From NCBI GenBank assembly GCA_951406725.2, contig OX597837.1:28520001-28584000 (forward strand): a stretch of DNA of 64,000 nt. Direction: 5' to 3'. This stretch comes from Octopus vulgaris. Taxonomy: Eukaryota. The notes beneath the pieces are model-generated. The model worked only from the letters and a program-made list of their open reading frames with translations, was not told where the DNA came from and ran no database searches. This document shows positions 1-13,461 of the stretch, piece by piece. How positions within the stretch are numbered: the first letter of the stretch is position 1; every line of letters begins with the position of its first letter. The translations under genes and the position numbers were made by a program.

Positions 1-125
1 TATGTGTAGGAGTAAGTATTTGCATTAGAATGTATATACCCTCTTGAATGTGTATATACGAATGTTTACTTTGTGTTGTTTCTCCATATTTCGTTGTTGC
101 AGTTCTTGTTGTTATTCGCGTATAT

Positions 126-164
<39 letters not shown>

Positions 165-342
165 CTTTTTCCAAACCGGAAGATTTTCTTCAGCAAAATG
201 GTAATTGTTTGAATTCTCTCTCTGGCAGACTACAAACATCCTGAACTTCAAGGACGCTCGAAATTGGCTCCATGTCAACACCGACTCTCCAAACGATCTG
301 ATGTCGGTTTCGAATTTATATAATGTTTATGCATTGCAAAGA

Positions 343-406
<64 letters not shown>

Positions 407-536
407 AAACTCAGTGATGCTGGCAGCAAATTCTTCCACTCTAAAAGTTTTTTTTCTTACCCAAAGATGCTTTTAAAAGACAGCACATACATATTTTGTA
501 GTGAGAATAAATGGCCAAGAGGATCGGCTGTTATAT

Positions 537-925
537 TACTCTTTTACTCTTTTACTTGTTTCAGTCATTTGACTGCGGTCATGCTGGAGCACCGCCTTTA
601 GTCGAGCAAATCGACCCCGGGACTTATTCTTTGTAAGCCTAGTACTTATTCTATCGGTCTCTTTTGCCGAACCGCTAAGTGACGGGGACGTAAACACACC
701 AGCATCGGTTGTCAAGCAATGCTAGGGGGACAAACACACACACAAACATACACACATACACACATATATACGACGGGCTTCTTTCAGTTTCCGTCTACCA
801 AATCCACTCACAAGGCTTTGGTCGGCCCGAGGCTATAGTAGAAGACACTTGCCCAAGGTGCCACGCAGTGGGATTGAACCCGGAACCATGTGGTTGGTAA
901 GCAAGCTACTTACCACACAGCCACA
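537..925 (-). mobile_element. tRNA-derived SINE family A (CORE-like segment ggcaccttgggcaagtg)
   Basis: A box TGGCTGTGTGGT, B-box-like GGTTCARTCC and an internal CA/TA microsatellite. At least 15 copies in the window. Confidence 0.85.
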
Positions 926-1339
926 ACGCAGTTTTCACGACAATAAATAGGCACCATAGGGTGGTTTCTGTTTTACCGTAGTGGTGGCAGCTCTATGGAA
1001 TTGGTCATTCATTAAACTTACGTTTCTGAGTTAAGTTCATGTCGCGAGCTGAAGTTTCCTACGATAAACCTGCGTCTTGTCCAGGGGAACGTTCAATTAG
1101 AATTGGCTTAGCGTAGAGACCACCGGAGATAAATACCATGGAATATTTTTGACTTGGAAAATTATTGAACTAGTATACATGATAGATGTGTGTGTGTGTG
1201 TGTGTGTGTGTACATCTATTTAACCAACGCAACTCCAACCTAGTGTTCCTTACTAAAACAGGAAAATAACAGGTTATTTGCCAGGATTGAAGTGCTAGAG
1301 AAATCCAAAGTACCAGTCTTCGGTAACGGATCGTTTTAA

Positions 1340-1605
1340 TACAATTGTCAATAACCTCGAAAGATCGACACTACAATTGTCAATGACATTTTAAAGTCAT
1401 TGACACGCTTCAGCTGTCCATGGCCTTTCAGAAGTCATTGACACGCTTCAGCTGTCAATGACTTCAGAAATTATTGGCACACTCTAATTGCCAATAGCTG
1501 TCAAAAGTCAATGGCACATTGCAGCAATCAATCTCCTTGAGAAGTCATTGACATACTTCAAATGTCAATGACGTTCAGGGGTTATTGACACACTGTACGT
1601 CAAGA
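1340..1605. repeat. ~37-bp tandem repeat of palindromic units
   Basis: gtcattgaca-N9-tgtcaatgac, about 7 units. Confidence 0.8.
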
Positions 1606-2559
1606 GCAAAAATTTCAGTGGTGATCCAACGGTATTTCACCCAGTTGTCGGTTTCTAAAGGTCACCGACTGGTTAAAAACTTCCAGATATTCGAATGGAC
1701 GAGAGAACATATACCTGTTAGCTCTGCTGAAAATAGCAACAAAATCTCCCTTACGTCACACTCTGCTATGTTAAATAGTAAGAAACTGAATATAGAACTC
1801 TGCTCGATTATGGTTGAGCTGGGGCTTAATGGCAACAAGAATAACATGTTCAATTTTCAAATCTTGCCTCCTACATTTTTCTGTGTTTTAGTTCAAGATA
1901 TTAAACTCTAATCCAGTAAGTCAGTTCCAGCAGGGAATAAATATAATCAGAAAGTTAATGACATTATATCTAGGACATAAAAACAATGTACTTTAGCAAT
2001 ATAAACATCGTCAATTCACTGAGTTCACTTACAATTTCAATAAGCACCATGGAGAGGTACAGTTCCTCACTGTAGTCAAGAAATATGGCTGTAAATAGAG
2101 GCATATAGGGCGATGCAGGGATACAGGGGAGTCAGCTAGAACGATTACCTGCTAAGTGTAATTAATGCCACGGTCAGAAGTCGAGTGCAGCTTCGAGCTG
2201 TGCCCTCGTGTCGAGTGCAGTTCTCTACTGAGATTACGGGACGAGTGCAGCTTTCCGTTGTGATTACGTGACAAGTTGTAACTCACGCTGTGATCACGTG
2301 AGATGGAGTACGAAGCAGACCAGTTCAGCTTCGTTGTGTGAGGCACTTATTTGAAAATCGTTTTTTTTTTCTTACAGCGATAAAAATATGTAAAACAGGT
2401 GGTTTTTAACCGTCTTCGTGAAGGTGATGGCGGTGGTGCTGCTGCTGCTACTGCTGATGGTGGTGGTGAGGACGGCGGTGGTAATGTTAGTAAAACTGTA
2501 TCATCAAAGTAATGGTGGTTGTCAGCGTTGCAGTAACAGCGATGCTGGTGATGGCATCA

Positions 2560-2574
2560 TTTATTATTATTGTA

Positions 2575-2638
<64 letters not shown>

Positions 2639-2700
2639 TTATTTTTATTATTATTTTTATTATTATTATTATTTTTATTATTTTTATTATTATTTTTATT

Positions 2701-2755
<55 letters not shown>

Positions 2756-2862
2756 TTATTATTATTATTTTTATTATCATTATTATTATTTTTATTATTA
2801 TTATTATTTTTATTATTATTATTAATATTATTTTTATTATTATTTTTATTATTATTTTTTTT

Positions 2863-2893
<31 letters not shown>

Positions 2894-2899
2894 TTATTA

Positions 2900-2940
<41 letters not shown>

Positions 2941-2992
2941 TTTTTATTTTTATTATTATTTTTATTTTTATTTTTATTATTTTTATTATTAT

Positions 2993-3023
<31 letters not shown>

Positions 3024-3073
3024 TTTATTTTTATTATTATTATTATTATTTTTATTATTTTTATTATTATTAC

Positions 3074-3107
<34 letters not shown>

Positions 3108-3150
3108 TTTATTATTTTTATTATTTTTATTTTTATTACTATTATTATTA
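2560..3150. repeat. (ATT)n microsatellite
   Basis: Seen directly. Confidence 0.98.
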
Positions 3151-3609
3151 TTGGTGGTGGTGGTGTTACTCTTATTGTTAATCTCCAAAATAAACGCAAG
3201 GTGACTGACTTTAGAGTTTCGCCAATAACGGCTCGTCAAACAGGTGTCTTTAAGATTTGTTATGAACGCACATTCCGTACGTGTGTGCGTTGTTGTTTTT
3301 GTTCTTGTTGTTAAATACCAAATATCAGTGACATATTGGAAGCAATTGTCTCTCGTACACCTTCACCCAAATGTTGAGGACTTATGCTTTGTAAGTGTAA
3401 ATAATACATACATGTATGTGTTGTAGTTTAGTTCATGATAAGCGTTGATCCAGTAATAGTATCTACAAAAGTATACTAACCATTTCCATCTTATTTTATA
3501 TACCTGAGACCGTATTCTGTAATTGTGACCTTCCTTTTTTAAGGCAATAGTGTGTGATTTGAGGACGATTTGGTTGTTATTTCTCACAAATCGAATGACA
3601 ATATAGAGG

Positions 3610-3980
<371 letters not shown>

Positions 3981-4304
3981 AGGTTAATGCGTGTATATGT
4001 GAATACCCTCCAGCAAATGTATGTATGTATGTATATAGGTGGGTGTATATATTTATGTGGAAGGTAAAAAAAAAATCTATGGTTGTATATATGTTTATTT
4101 GGTAGAGGGTAGAACTTCTGTGGAGGTGTTGGAATTTTGTCTGGTGTTATTTAGAGAAGTCGTCGGGGTGGTTTTAGACAAACCAATTTGTTCAGCAGAA
4201 AGATCTGTGAGCAAGCAGAACGCTGCAAGAATTTCTCCAGCTCGAGATGAAAGAGAAACTGTCCATTTGTCAGAACAAGATAAGGCACATGATTAACGAA
4301 GTTA

Positions 4305-4354
<50 letters not shown>

Positions 4355-4599
4355 GAAGTATGTGTGTATGCATTGTTTTGTATTTGGTGTGCGGTTGTTT
4401 TGTTTTCGGTTGTTGTTGTTTTTGCTGTTTTTGTTGTTGTGAAACCTTGGTATTGTTTTTGAAGGGAGTTTGGTAGAAGACTCTTTTGAAAGTTACATAA
4501 AGGTTGATGTTAAAGTCTTCGAAATTCGTCAAGGGTAAATTGATAAGAGGTAACTGCGCCTAATTTATTATTCACCGAAAATAATAATAATAGTAATAA

Positions 4600-4788
4600 C
4601 AAAAACACCAGGACTTACAAACACGTATAACATACAGAAAATTGCACTACAAGGCACTGCACACATCCTACGCAGAACACTTTCAATACAGTAACCGTCA
4701 GAGCATCACAACAAATCACAGCACATACCCAAGGCACATAGAGCTACGCTCGGTAGTGAAGTGAAAGCACGATATAAAAATAAAACCA

Positions 4789-4792
<4 letters not shown>
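4600..4792 (+). mobile_element. R4/Dong-type LINE 3' end in (AAT)n
   Basis: Translates PGLTNTYNIQKIALQGTAHILRRTLSIQ*, then a short UTR and (AAT)n. AAT repeats lie on both sides. Confidence 0.75.
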
Positions 4793-4824
<32 letters not shown>

Positions 4825-5095
4825 TAGAATGGTTTCGAATTTTGGCATAAGGCCAGCAACATCGGGGAGGGGTAAGTCGATTACATCGACCACAGTGCTT
4901 AACTGGTACTTATTTTATCGACCGCGAAAGGCTGAACTGTAAAGTCAACTTCGGCGGAATAATATTAATAATAATAATCCTTTCTGCAATGGGCACAAGG
5001 CCTGAAATGTTGGAATGGGTTAGTCGATTACATCGACCCTAGTGGCTCACTGGTACTTAATTTGTCGACCCCGAAGGACGAAAGGCAAAGTCGAT
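4825..5095 (-). mobile_element. Two truncated MetaSINE-like copies with (ATT)n-type tails
   Basis: Meta domain present, tail differs from family B. A similar copy lies at ~62680-62940. Confidence 0.75.
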
Positions 5096-5112
5096 AATAA
5101 TAATAATAATAA

Positions 5113-5459
5113 TAGCACTCAGATAGCGCAAAAACCCCGCCAAGGCAACACCAACGATTAGCCAGAGATAATTTTTGAAATGAGAATATCTGAAATAAAC
5201 TCGACTGCTCTCACGGACAACAATGCTAATAAAAAAATGAACCCGACCGCTCTCAAAAATTAGGTAGTAAAACAGGAAAAATAATCCAGAATCCTTGTCC
5301 GGTACCGGATCAATCCCAAAATCTAATCAGTTTATGCCAGTCACGAGACCAAACATCCCTAAAAGTTTCATCCAAATCAATTTAGCAGTTTTTGAGATAT
5401 CTTGTCCACGGACAAACAAACACGACTAAAAACAATGCCTTCGCTCAGGCGGGGGTAAT
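5113..5459 (+). mobile_element. Helentron/DINE-1-like non-autonomous element
   Basis: Homologous to 36824-37174, with a 3' stem-loop. Confidence 0.6.
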
Positions 5460-5489
5460 GATAATAATAATTATAATGATAATAATAAT

Positions 5490-6165
5490 AATGACGAGGA
5501 GGAAAACAGTCTGGGATGGTGTGTCAAAAAGCAGATTGAACCTTTGGTTGTTGCTGTTAGAAATAGCAAAACGATAACTAATGAAAATGGGACACACTCA
5601 AAAGCATTTAAGAAAACAAAATGGAGAACAGTGAGTGAGCAACTGGAAAATGAAAGCGATGCATGGGCAGATGGAAGGCAGAGACAAGACCAACACACGA
5701 CGGTAGCTAAGGAAAAGTGATCTGAAAGGATGCACTGAGGCATTGATACGCAGCGCTCGGGAACAAGCCCTGCGAAATAATTACTCCAAATAAGAGTAGC
5801 GAATCGCACTTTTGTAGGATGGCATCAAAACTGAAACAGTTTCACATATTGACAGTGAGTGTAGCAAACTGGCCCAAAAGTATTACGAAAGGAGGCATCA
5901 CAGCGTAGCTAAGAATGTTTGTTGGAGGCTGTATGAGAAGTATGGTCTTGAAATCGTGTGAGCATAAACCAGAAAGTATCACTGATAATATTGATTTCAA
6001 GATCTTGTGAGATTTTACAATCTAGTGTGATTCATTGATTGCTGATCAGAGGCCAGCCATTCTTGTAGTAGATAAAATGATGAAGGAAGCCAAGATCATA
6101 GATATTGCCATATTTGGAGGTGTACAAGTGGGTAACAAAGAACTAGAAAAGAATGAAAAGTATAT
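5490..6165 (+). mobile_element. R4/Dong-type LINE fragment (CCHC plus restriction-like endonuclease)
   Basis: Decayed TEALIRSAREQALR, ETVSHIDSECSKLAQKYYERRH, EHKPES, QRPAILVVDK, KIIDIAI and KELEK. Confidence 0.8.
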
Positions 6166-6588
6166 ATAGGCTTAATTTAATTCGTCTTTACCCGAAAGAC
6201 ACCTGTTGTTGTGTCCTGTTGTTATTTTTATCGTATTTGTGTAACATTGTCAATTTTTTTCCGTCCTTGTTTTTGTATATATCCGCTGCTTTCTTCCAAG
6301 GAATCTAATGCTCTTAGCTTAGTTTTTCCTTGGGGATGGCCAGATTGGAGCAATCTCGAGTATAATCAACCGAAAATGCGAAGATAATTTGGTACTCGAC
6401 TGAGAAAAGAAAACTTCGAATGACCCGTCTTTGGTTTCTTTGTATCGTCTATCTGGTTGTTTTGTTGTACCATTTTTGTATCACCTAACTGTCCGAATGT
6501 AAGTAGTAACGTTCTTATACCACTATAACATTGCTGTCCGGTGGCCATTTATTTAACATGAATTATGATGTCGTTATAATATATAAGA

Positions 6589-7090
6589 CTAGCAGTATCG
6601 CCCGGCGTTGCTCGGGTTTGTAAGGGAAATAACTATATAAGCATTTTTAGAGTTACTTCCCTTATAAATTCGGGCTTTCTTAGCCATTTTTGTTTTGGTG
6701 TCTTCAAGCCATGAAGTCGTTGTTCTAAAAGAACGCTGGTCTCCTTCACAACGCATTACGACGTTGATTTCTTTACACTCCCTTCCCCACAGCTTCACGA
6801 GGGAGGAAAGGGGGAGAAGCAAACAGGTGCAGCTGTGAGCGTGGACGCCAACTCCACCGCCATCGACACACGATGCATTTTATGCATTAAAATGGAATAA
6901 AAAATGATGTTAAATTATTTTTAAAATCGTAGACTCATCGTTGACGCGCGCTAATAGTCAGACGGGCTCGATATGAATCACGACTATAAGATACCCGCAT
7001 TTGGTTAAACTGCACCGCAAAATGTGGGAGGAGTTAGGAATATAAATCGAAGGGGACAGACACTCACACAACTAGTTTTATATATATAGA
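6589..7090 (-). mobile_element. Non-autonomous Helitron
   Basis: A|TC...cccgagcaacgccggg hairpin...CTAG|T on the minus strand. Confidence 0.85.
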
Positions 7091-7479
7091 TTAGCAATTG
7101 CGGCGAGTTGCTTATGTATATAGCGGGTCGCTACATGTGTGTGTGTGTGTGTGTTTGCTGTAATTAGTCCAGAGATTTCTGTACTAGATTAGTATTTTTC
7201 TTTCACCAAATCCGATAGGACGAAAGCGAGTAAAGCTGACCTCGGTGGGAACCGAACTCGCAGTGCCGAATCGGAACCAATACTCACCACCAACCGTTCT
7301 ACTCAACGTTTTAACAACTCTGCCAAATTATGCTCTCTTTTATTTATTTTTGATAACCTGCCGCATTCTCATGTTTTGTTTTTCTTAAATATAATAATTA
7401 ACGAAGTTTCGAGAAGACCGAGAAGAATAAATATAAGAAGCAACATTATAGTTTGCAATACGTATGTATATAAATGCAT

Positions 7480-8394
7480 ACACGGGTGTAAGTGTGTGTG
7501 TGTGTGTGTGTGTATATGCGTGTGTGAATGTGTATGTATATGTGTGTGTATGTATATATGTATGTGTGTGTGTGTGTATGTATATATGTATGTGTGTATG
7601 TATATATGTATGTGTGTGTATGTATCTATGTATGTGTGTGTATGTATCTATGTATGTGTGTGTATATATGTATATATGTGTGTGTGTATATATGTATATA
7701 TATATGTGTGTATGTATATGTGTGCGTGTATATGTGTGTGTATGTGTATATATGTTTGTGTATGTGTATATATATATATGTGTGTGTATGTATATATGTA
7801 TATATATGTGTGTGTGTATGTATATATGTATATATATGTGTGTGTATGTATATATGTATATATATGCGTGTGTGTATGTATATATATATATGTGTGTGTG
7901 TGTGTATGTATATATATATATGTGTGTGTGTGTGTGTATGTATATATATATATGTGTGTGTGTGTATGTATATATATATGTGTGTGTGTGTGTATGTATA
8001 TATATATATATGTGTGTGTGTGTGTATGTATATATATATATGTGTGTGTGTGTGTATGTATATATATATATGTGTGTGTGTATGTATATATATATATGTG
8101 TGTGTGTATGTATATATATATATGTGTGTATGTATATATGTATATATGTGTGTGTATGTATATATGTATATATATGTGTGTATGTATATATGTATATATG
8201 TGTGTGTATGTATATATGTATATATGTGTGTATGTATATATGTATATATATGTGTGTATGTATATATGTATATATGTGTGTGTATGTATATGTGTATATA
8301 TGTGTGTGTATGTATATATGTATATATGTGTGTGTATGTATATATGTATATATGTGTGTGTATCTATATATGTATATATGTGTGTGTATGTATG

Positions 8395-8425
<31 letters not shown>

Positions 8426-8498
8426 ATGTATGTATATATATATATATGTGTGTGTGTATGTATATATGTATATATATATATATATGTGTGTGTGTATG

Positions 8499-8531
<33 letters not shown>

Positions 8532-8574
8532 ATGTATATATATATATATGTGTGTGTGTGTGTATGTATATATG

Positions 8575-8607
<33 letters not shown>

Positions 8608-8698
8608 ATGTATATATGTATATATATATATATATGTGTGTATGTATATATGTATATATATATATATATGTGTGTGTGTGTATGTATATATGTGTATG

Positions 8699-8731
<33 letters not shown>

Positions 8732-8748
8732 ATGTACATATGTGTATG

Positions 8749-8779
<31 letters not shown>

Positions 8780-8796
8780 ATGTACATATGTGTATG

Positions 8797-8831
<35 letters not shown>

Positions 8832-8848
8832 ATGTATATATGTGTATG

Positions 8849-8881
<33 letters not shown>

Positions 8882-8898
8882 ATGTATATATGTGTATG

Positions 8899-8929
<31 letters not shown>

Positions 8930-8934
8930 ATGTA

Positions 8935-8979
<45 letters not shown>

Positions 8980-9118
8980 ATGTATATATGTGTATGTATA
9001 TATATATATATGTGTGTGTGTATGTATATATGTGTATGTATATATATATATATATATGTGTGTGTGTATGTATATATGTGTATGTATATATATATATATA
9101 TGTGTGTGTGTGTATGTA

Positions 9119-9165
<47 letters not shown>

Positions 9166-9170
9166 ATGTA

Positions 9171-9217
<47 letters not shown>

Positions 9218-9252
9218 ATGTATATATGTGTGTGTGTGTATGTATATATGTG

Positions 9253-9289
<37 letters not shown>

Positions 9290-9302
9290 ATGTATATATG
9301 TG

Positions 9303-9335
<33 letters not shown>

Positions 9336-9340
9336 ATGTA

Positions 9341-9389
<49 letters not shown>

Positions 9390-9557
9390 ATGTATATATG
9401 TCATCATCATCATCATCATCGTTTAGCGTCCGTTTTCCATGCTAGCATGGGTTGGACGGTTCAACTGGGGTCTGTGAAGCCAGAAGGCTTCATCAGGCCG
9501 TCAAATCTGGCAGTGTTTCTACAGCTGGATGCCCTTCCTAACGCCAACCACTCCGTG

Positions 9558-9589
<32 letters not shown>

Positions 9590-9642
9590 ATGTATATATG
9601 TGTATATATATATATATATGTGTGTGTGTATGTATATATGTG

Positions 9643-9673
<31 letters not shown>

Positions 9674-10066
9674 ATATATGTGTATATATATATATATATA
9701 TGTGTGTGTGTATGTATATATGTGTATATATATATATATATGTGTGTGTGTATGTATATATGTGTATATATATATATATATGTGTGTGTGTGTATGTATA
9801 TATGTGTATATATATATATATGTGTGTGTGTATGTAAATATGTGTATATATATATATATGTGTGTATGTATATATGTATATATATATATATGTATATATA
9901 TGTGTGTGTGTGTGTATGTATATATGTATATATATATGTATATATATGTGTGTGTGTGTATGTATATATGTATATATATATATGTATATATATGTGTGTG
10001 TGTGTATGTATATATGTATATATATATATGTATATATATGTGTGTGTGTGTATGTATATATGTATG

Positions 10067-10099
<33 letters not shown>

Positions 10100-10251
10100 A
10101 TGTATATATGTATGTATATATATATATGTGTGTGTGTGTGTATGTATATATGTATGTATGTATATATATATATGTGTGTGTGTTTGTGTATGTATATATG
10201 TATGTATGTATATATATATATATATATGTGTGTGTGTATGTATATATGTAT

Positions 10252-10283
<32 letters not shown>

Positions 10284-10304
10284 ATGTATGTATGTATATA
10301 TATA

Positions 10305-10338
<34 letters not shown>

Positions 10339-10362
10339 ATGTATATATGTATGTATATATAA

Positions 10363-10400
<38 letters not shown>

Positions 10401-10411
10401 ATATATGTATG

Positions 10412-10450
<39 letters not shown>

Positions 10451-10461
10451 ATATATGTATG

Positions 10462-10496
<35 letters not shown>

Positions 10497-10511
10497 ATGT
10501 ATATATGTATG

Positions 10512-10546
<35 letters not shown>

Positions 10547-10647
10547 ATGTATATATGTATGTATATATATATATATGTGTGTGTGTGTATGTATATATGT
10601 ATGTATATATATATATATATGTGTGTGTGTGTATGTATATATGTATG

Positions 10648-10680
<33 letters not shown>

Positions 10681-10695
10681 ATGTATATATGTATG

Positions 10696-10730
<35 letters not shown>

Positions 10731-10745
10731 ATGTATATATGTATG

Positions 10746-10776
<31 letters not shown>

Positions 10777-10791
10777 ATGTATATATGTATG

Positions 10792-10822
<31 letters not shown>

Positions 10823-10883
10823 ATGTATATATGTATGTATATATATATATATATGTGTGTGTGTATGTATGTATGTATGTATG

Positions 10884-10918
<35 letters not shown>

Positions 10919-10925
10919 ATATATA

Positions 10926-10960
<35 letters not shown>

Positions 10961-11039
10961 ATATATGTGTGTGTGTATATATATGTGTGTGTGTGTGTGT
11001 ATATATGTGTGTGTGTGTATATATATGTGTGTGTGTGTG

Positions 11040-11081
<42 letters not shown>

Positions 11082-11152
11082 CATATATGTATGTGTGTGT
11101 GTGTGTATGTATATATGTATGTATATATATATGTGTATATATATATATATAT
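7480..11152. repeat. Compound (TA)n/(TG)n array interrupted by repeat D at 9400-9556
   Basis: Seen directly. Confidence 0.98.
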
Positions 11153-11377
11153 AGTTATTTTTAGAAATCTCTTTTGGAAGGTTGTTTGGATGAAGCGTTC
11201 TTAAGATTTGTTCGTCTTGTTATTGTGATGGTGTTGTTGGTAGTGATAGCGGTGGTGGTGTTTTTGCACGATGGTGTGTTAACATCGAAATGATGATAAA
11301 TAATTTTCAGAATTCACTTTGATGGTTAGTACTCATAGCTAGCACCTCTTAATAACTAGAGGTGTTTACAGAATGTA

Positions 11378-11642
11378 TTAATAATAATAATAATAATAAT
11401 GATGATAATAATAATAATAATGGTTGCTCTCTCAATAATAATAATAATAATAATGGTTGCTCTCTCAATAATAATAATAATAATAATGGTTGCTCTCTCA
11501 ATAATAATAATAATAATAATAATGGTTGCTCTCTCAAGAATAATAATAATAATAATAATAATTGCTCTCTCAAGAATAATAATAATAATAATAATTGCTC
11601 TCTCAATAATAATAATAATAATGATAATAATTGCTCTCTCAA

Positions 11643-11676
<34 letters not shown>

Positions 11677-11765
11677 TGCTCTCTCAAGAATAATAATAAT
11701 TGCTCTCTCAAGAATAATAATAATAATAATTGCTCTCTCTCAATAATAATAATAATAATAATAAT
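11378..11765. repeat. (AAT)n-TGCTCTCTC minisatellite
   Basis: Seen directly. Confidence 0.95.
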
Positions 11766-12770
11766 GACGGCAACTGCAATAATAGCGTTAGTAACACTAA
11801 TAGATACCCGAACACTTTGTTATGAACATGCCAACAGGAAGCACAAATTATAAAAATGAAGAAAAGAATAAATAAATAAACCATATTAAGATAAAGAACA
11901 CATTTAATTAACGAATCATATTAGCGTAACGAATAGGTAATAAGTACTGGTATCATTACTAAGAAAGCAGCTAAAGACTTAATTAATGACGTTATATTTA
12001 GAGTAGAAAGTTTTCATGAAACACCGTCGTCTGCTTTCTAAACTACTTCTCTGTTGTTCTATTTTTTTTAATTTTCAACATAATTTTTCATGTAATCCAA
12101 ACTAAAGCCATGATTTCACATCAAACTGTATATGGACACCAGTTTCTAGAATATAATAAATGACGAACGTCTTCAAATATCTTGGTAGCTTTATTTTATT
12201 TGCATATTTTGTACATTCCCCGTCGAAGTCGGCTGCCGCTACTTTCTAGCTGGGTTAATGCGCAATTTCCTGCAGAAGTTAGGTCTGGAATCCAGATAAA
12301 TGAAGAAAGCCATCCAAGAGTATAGGCACAGCAGTTGAAACTAGTTCAAGGGGACTATTAGTGGGTGATAAGAGAGCATAAGTGGGACCTTTTCCGTGGG
12401 CGAAGACTAGTTCTGCCATTGCTGCTACACAGAAACGTAGCGTACAGTCTAAGGGGCGAAACGCTTGTAGTTCTGAGATACCTATTGACGGTTTTCCAGC
12501 ATTGCAATAGATTTGGAAGAGCTTACGAAGTAACTCCTGTAGTTTCTGTGTGGAGCAAAACATTTCTGACGCTTATTACAACCACTTGTTTCACCTGTCG
12601 ACCAGACAAAACCGGGATGAAGGAAGTAAGCATGTAGATCAACAAATGTTCATGCCAGGAAAATAACAGGAGCAAACCTTATGTTTCAAATTTTTTTTTT
12701 CTGTCGTTTCAGCTCAGAGCTGTGGCCATGCTGTTGCACCGCCGTTAAAATGTAAACACAAGCGAAAATA

Positions 12771-13184
12771 TATTTCTTTACTACCCACAAGGGGCGAGAG
12801 ACAGAGGACAAACAAGGACAGACAAATGGATTAAGTCGATTATATCGACCCCAGTGCCTAACTGGTACTTATTTAATCGACCCCGAAAGGATGAAAGGCA
12901 AAGTCGACCTCGGCGGAATTTGAACTCAGAACGTAGCGGCAGACGAAATACCTATTTTTTTACTACTCATAAGGGGCTAAACACAGAGGGGACAAACAAG
13001 GGCAGACAAAGGGATTAAGTCGATTATATCGATCCAGTGCGTTACTGGTTGGTACTTAATTTATCGACCCCGAAAGGATGATAGGCAAAGTCGACCTCGG
13101 CGGAATTTGAACTCAGAAAGTAACGGCAGACGAAATACCGCTAAGCATTTCGCCCGATGTGCTAACGCTTCTGCTAGCTCGCCT
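12771..13184 (-). mobile_element. Tandem MetaSINE-like copies (family B)
   Basis: Meta-type domain gtcgactttgcctttcatcctttcggggtcgat occurs twice, joined at aaata|ggtatttcg. Confidence 0.85.
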
Positions 13185-13461
13185 ATCGTAACAATGTTGA
13201 TATAATTGTTGCTAAAATAGACACAGGGTTTTAAGTTGTGTTGGTAGTAGGTTATTCGATTGCATTAACCCCAGTAAATTACTGGTACTTTGTTTTCTCG
13301 ACTTCGAACGCATGAAAGGCAAAGTTGTCATCAGTGGAACTTCAACTCAAATTTCACGTAGCATTTTATCTGAAACACAAGTGATTTTATCAACAATAAT
13401 AATAATAATCCTTTCTATTGTACCTTTTTTTCTCTCTTTCTCTCTTCATTAGTCCTTATTC

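Noticed and set aside
1340-1605. CRISPR-like appearance (also 37195-39445)
   Set aside because: No unique spacers, no cas genes, eukaryotic context.
6290-6420. Structured repeat resembling a twister-type ribozyme
   Set aside because: Stems are present but the conserved core residues could not be matched.
7376-11204. Very long ORFs (up to 1246 aa); likewise 2418-3239, 37133-39517 and 50776-52981
   Set aside because: Translations of TA/TG/ATT microsatellites that lack stop codons by composition.
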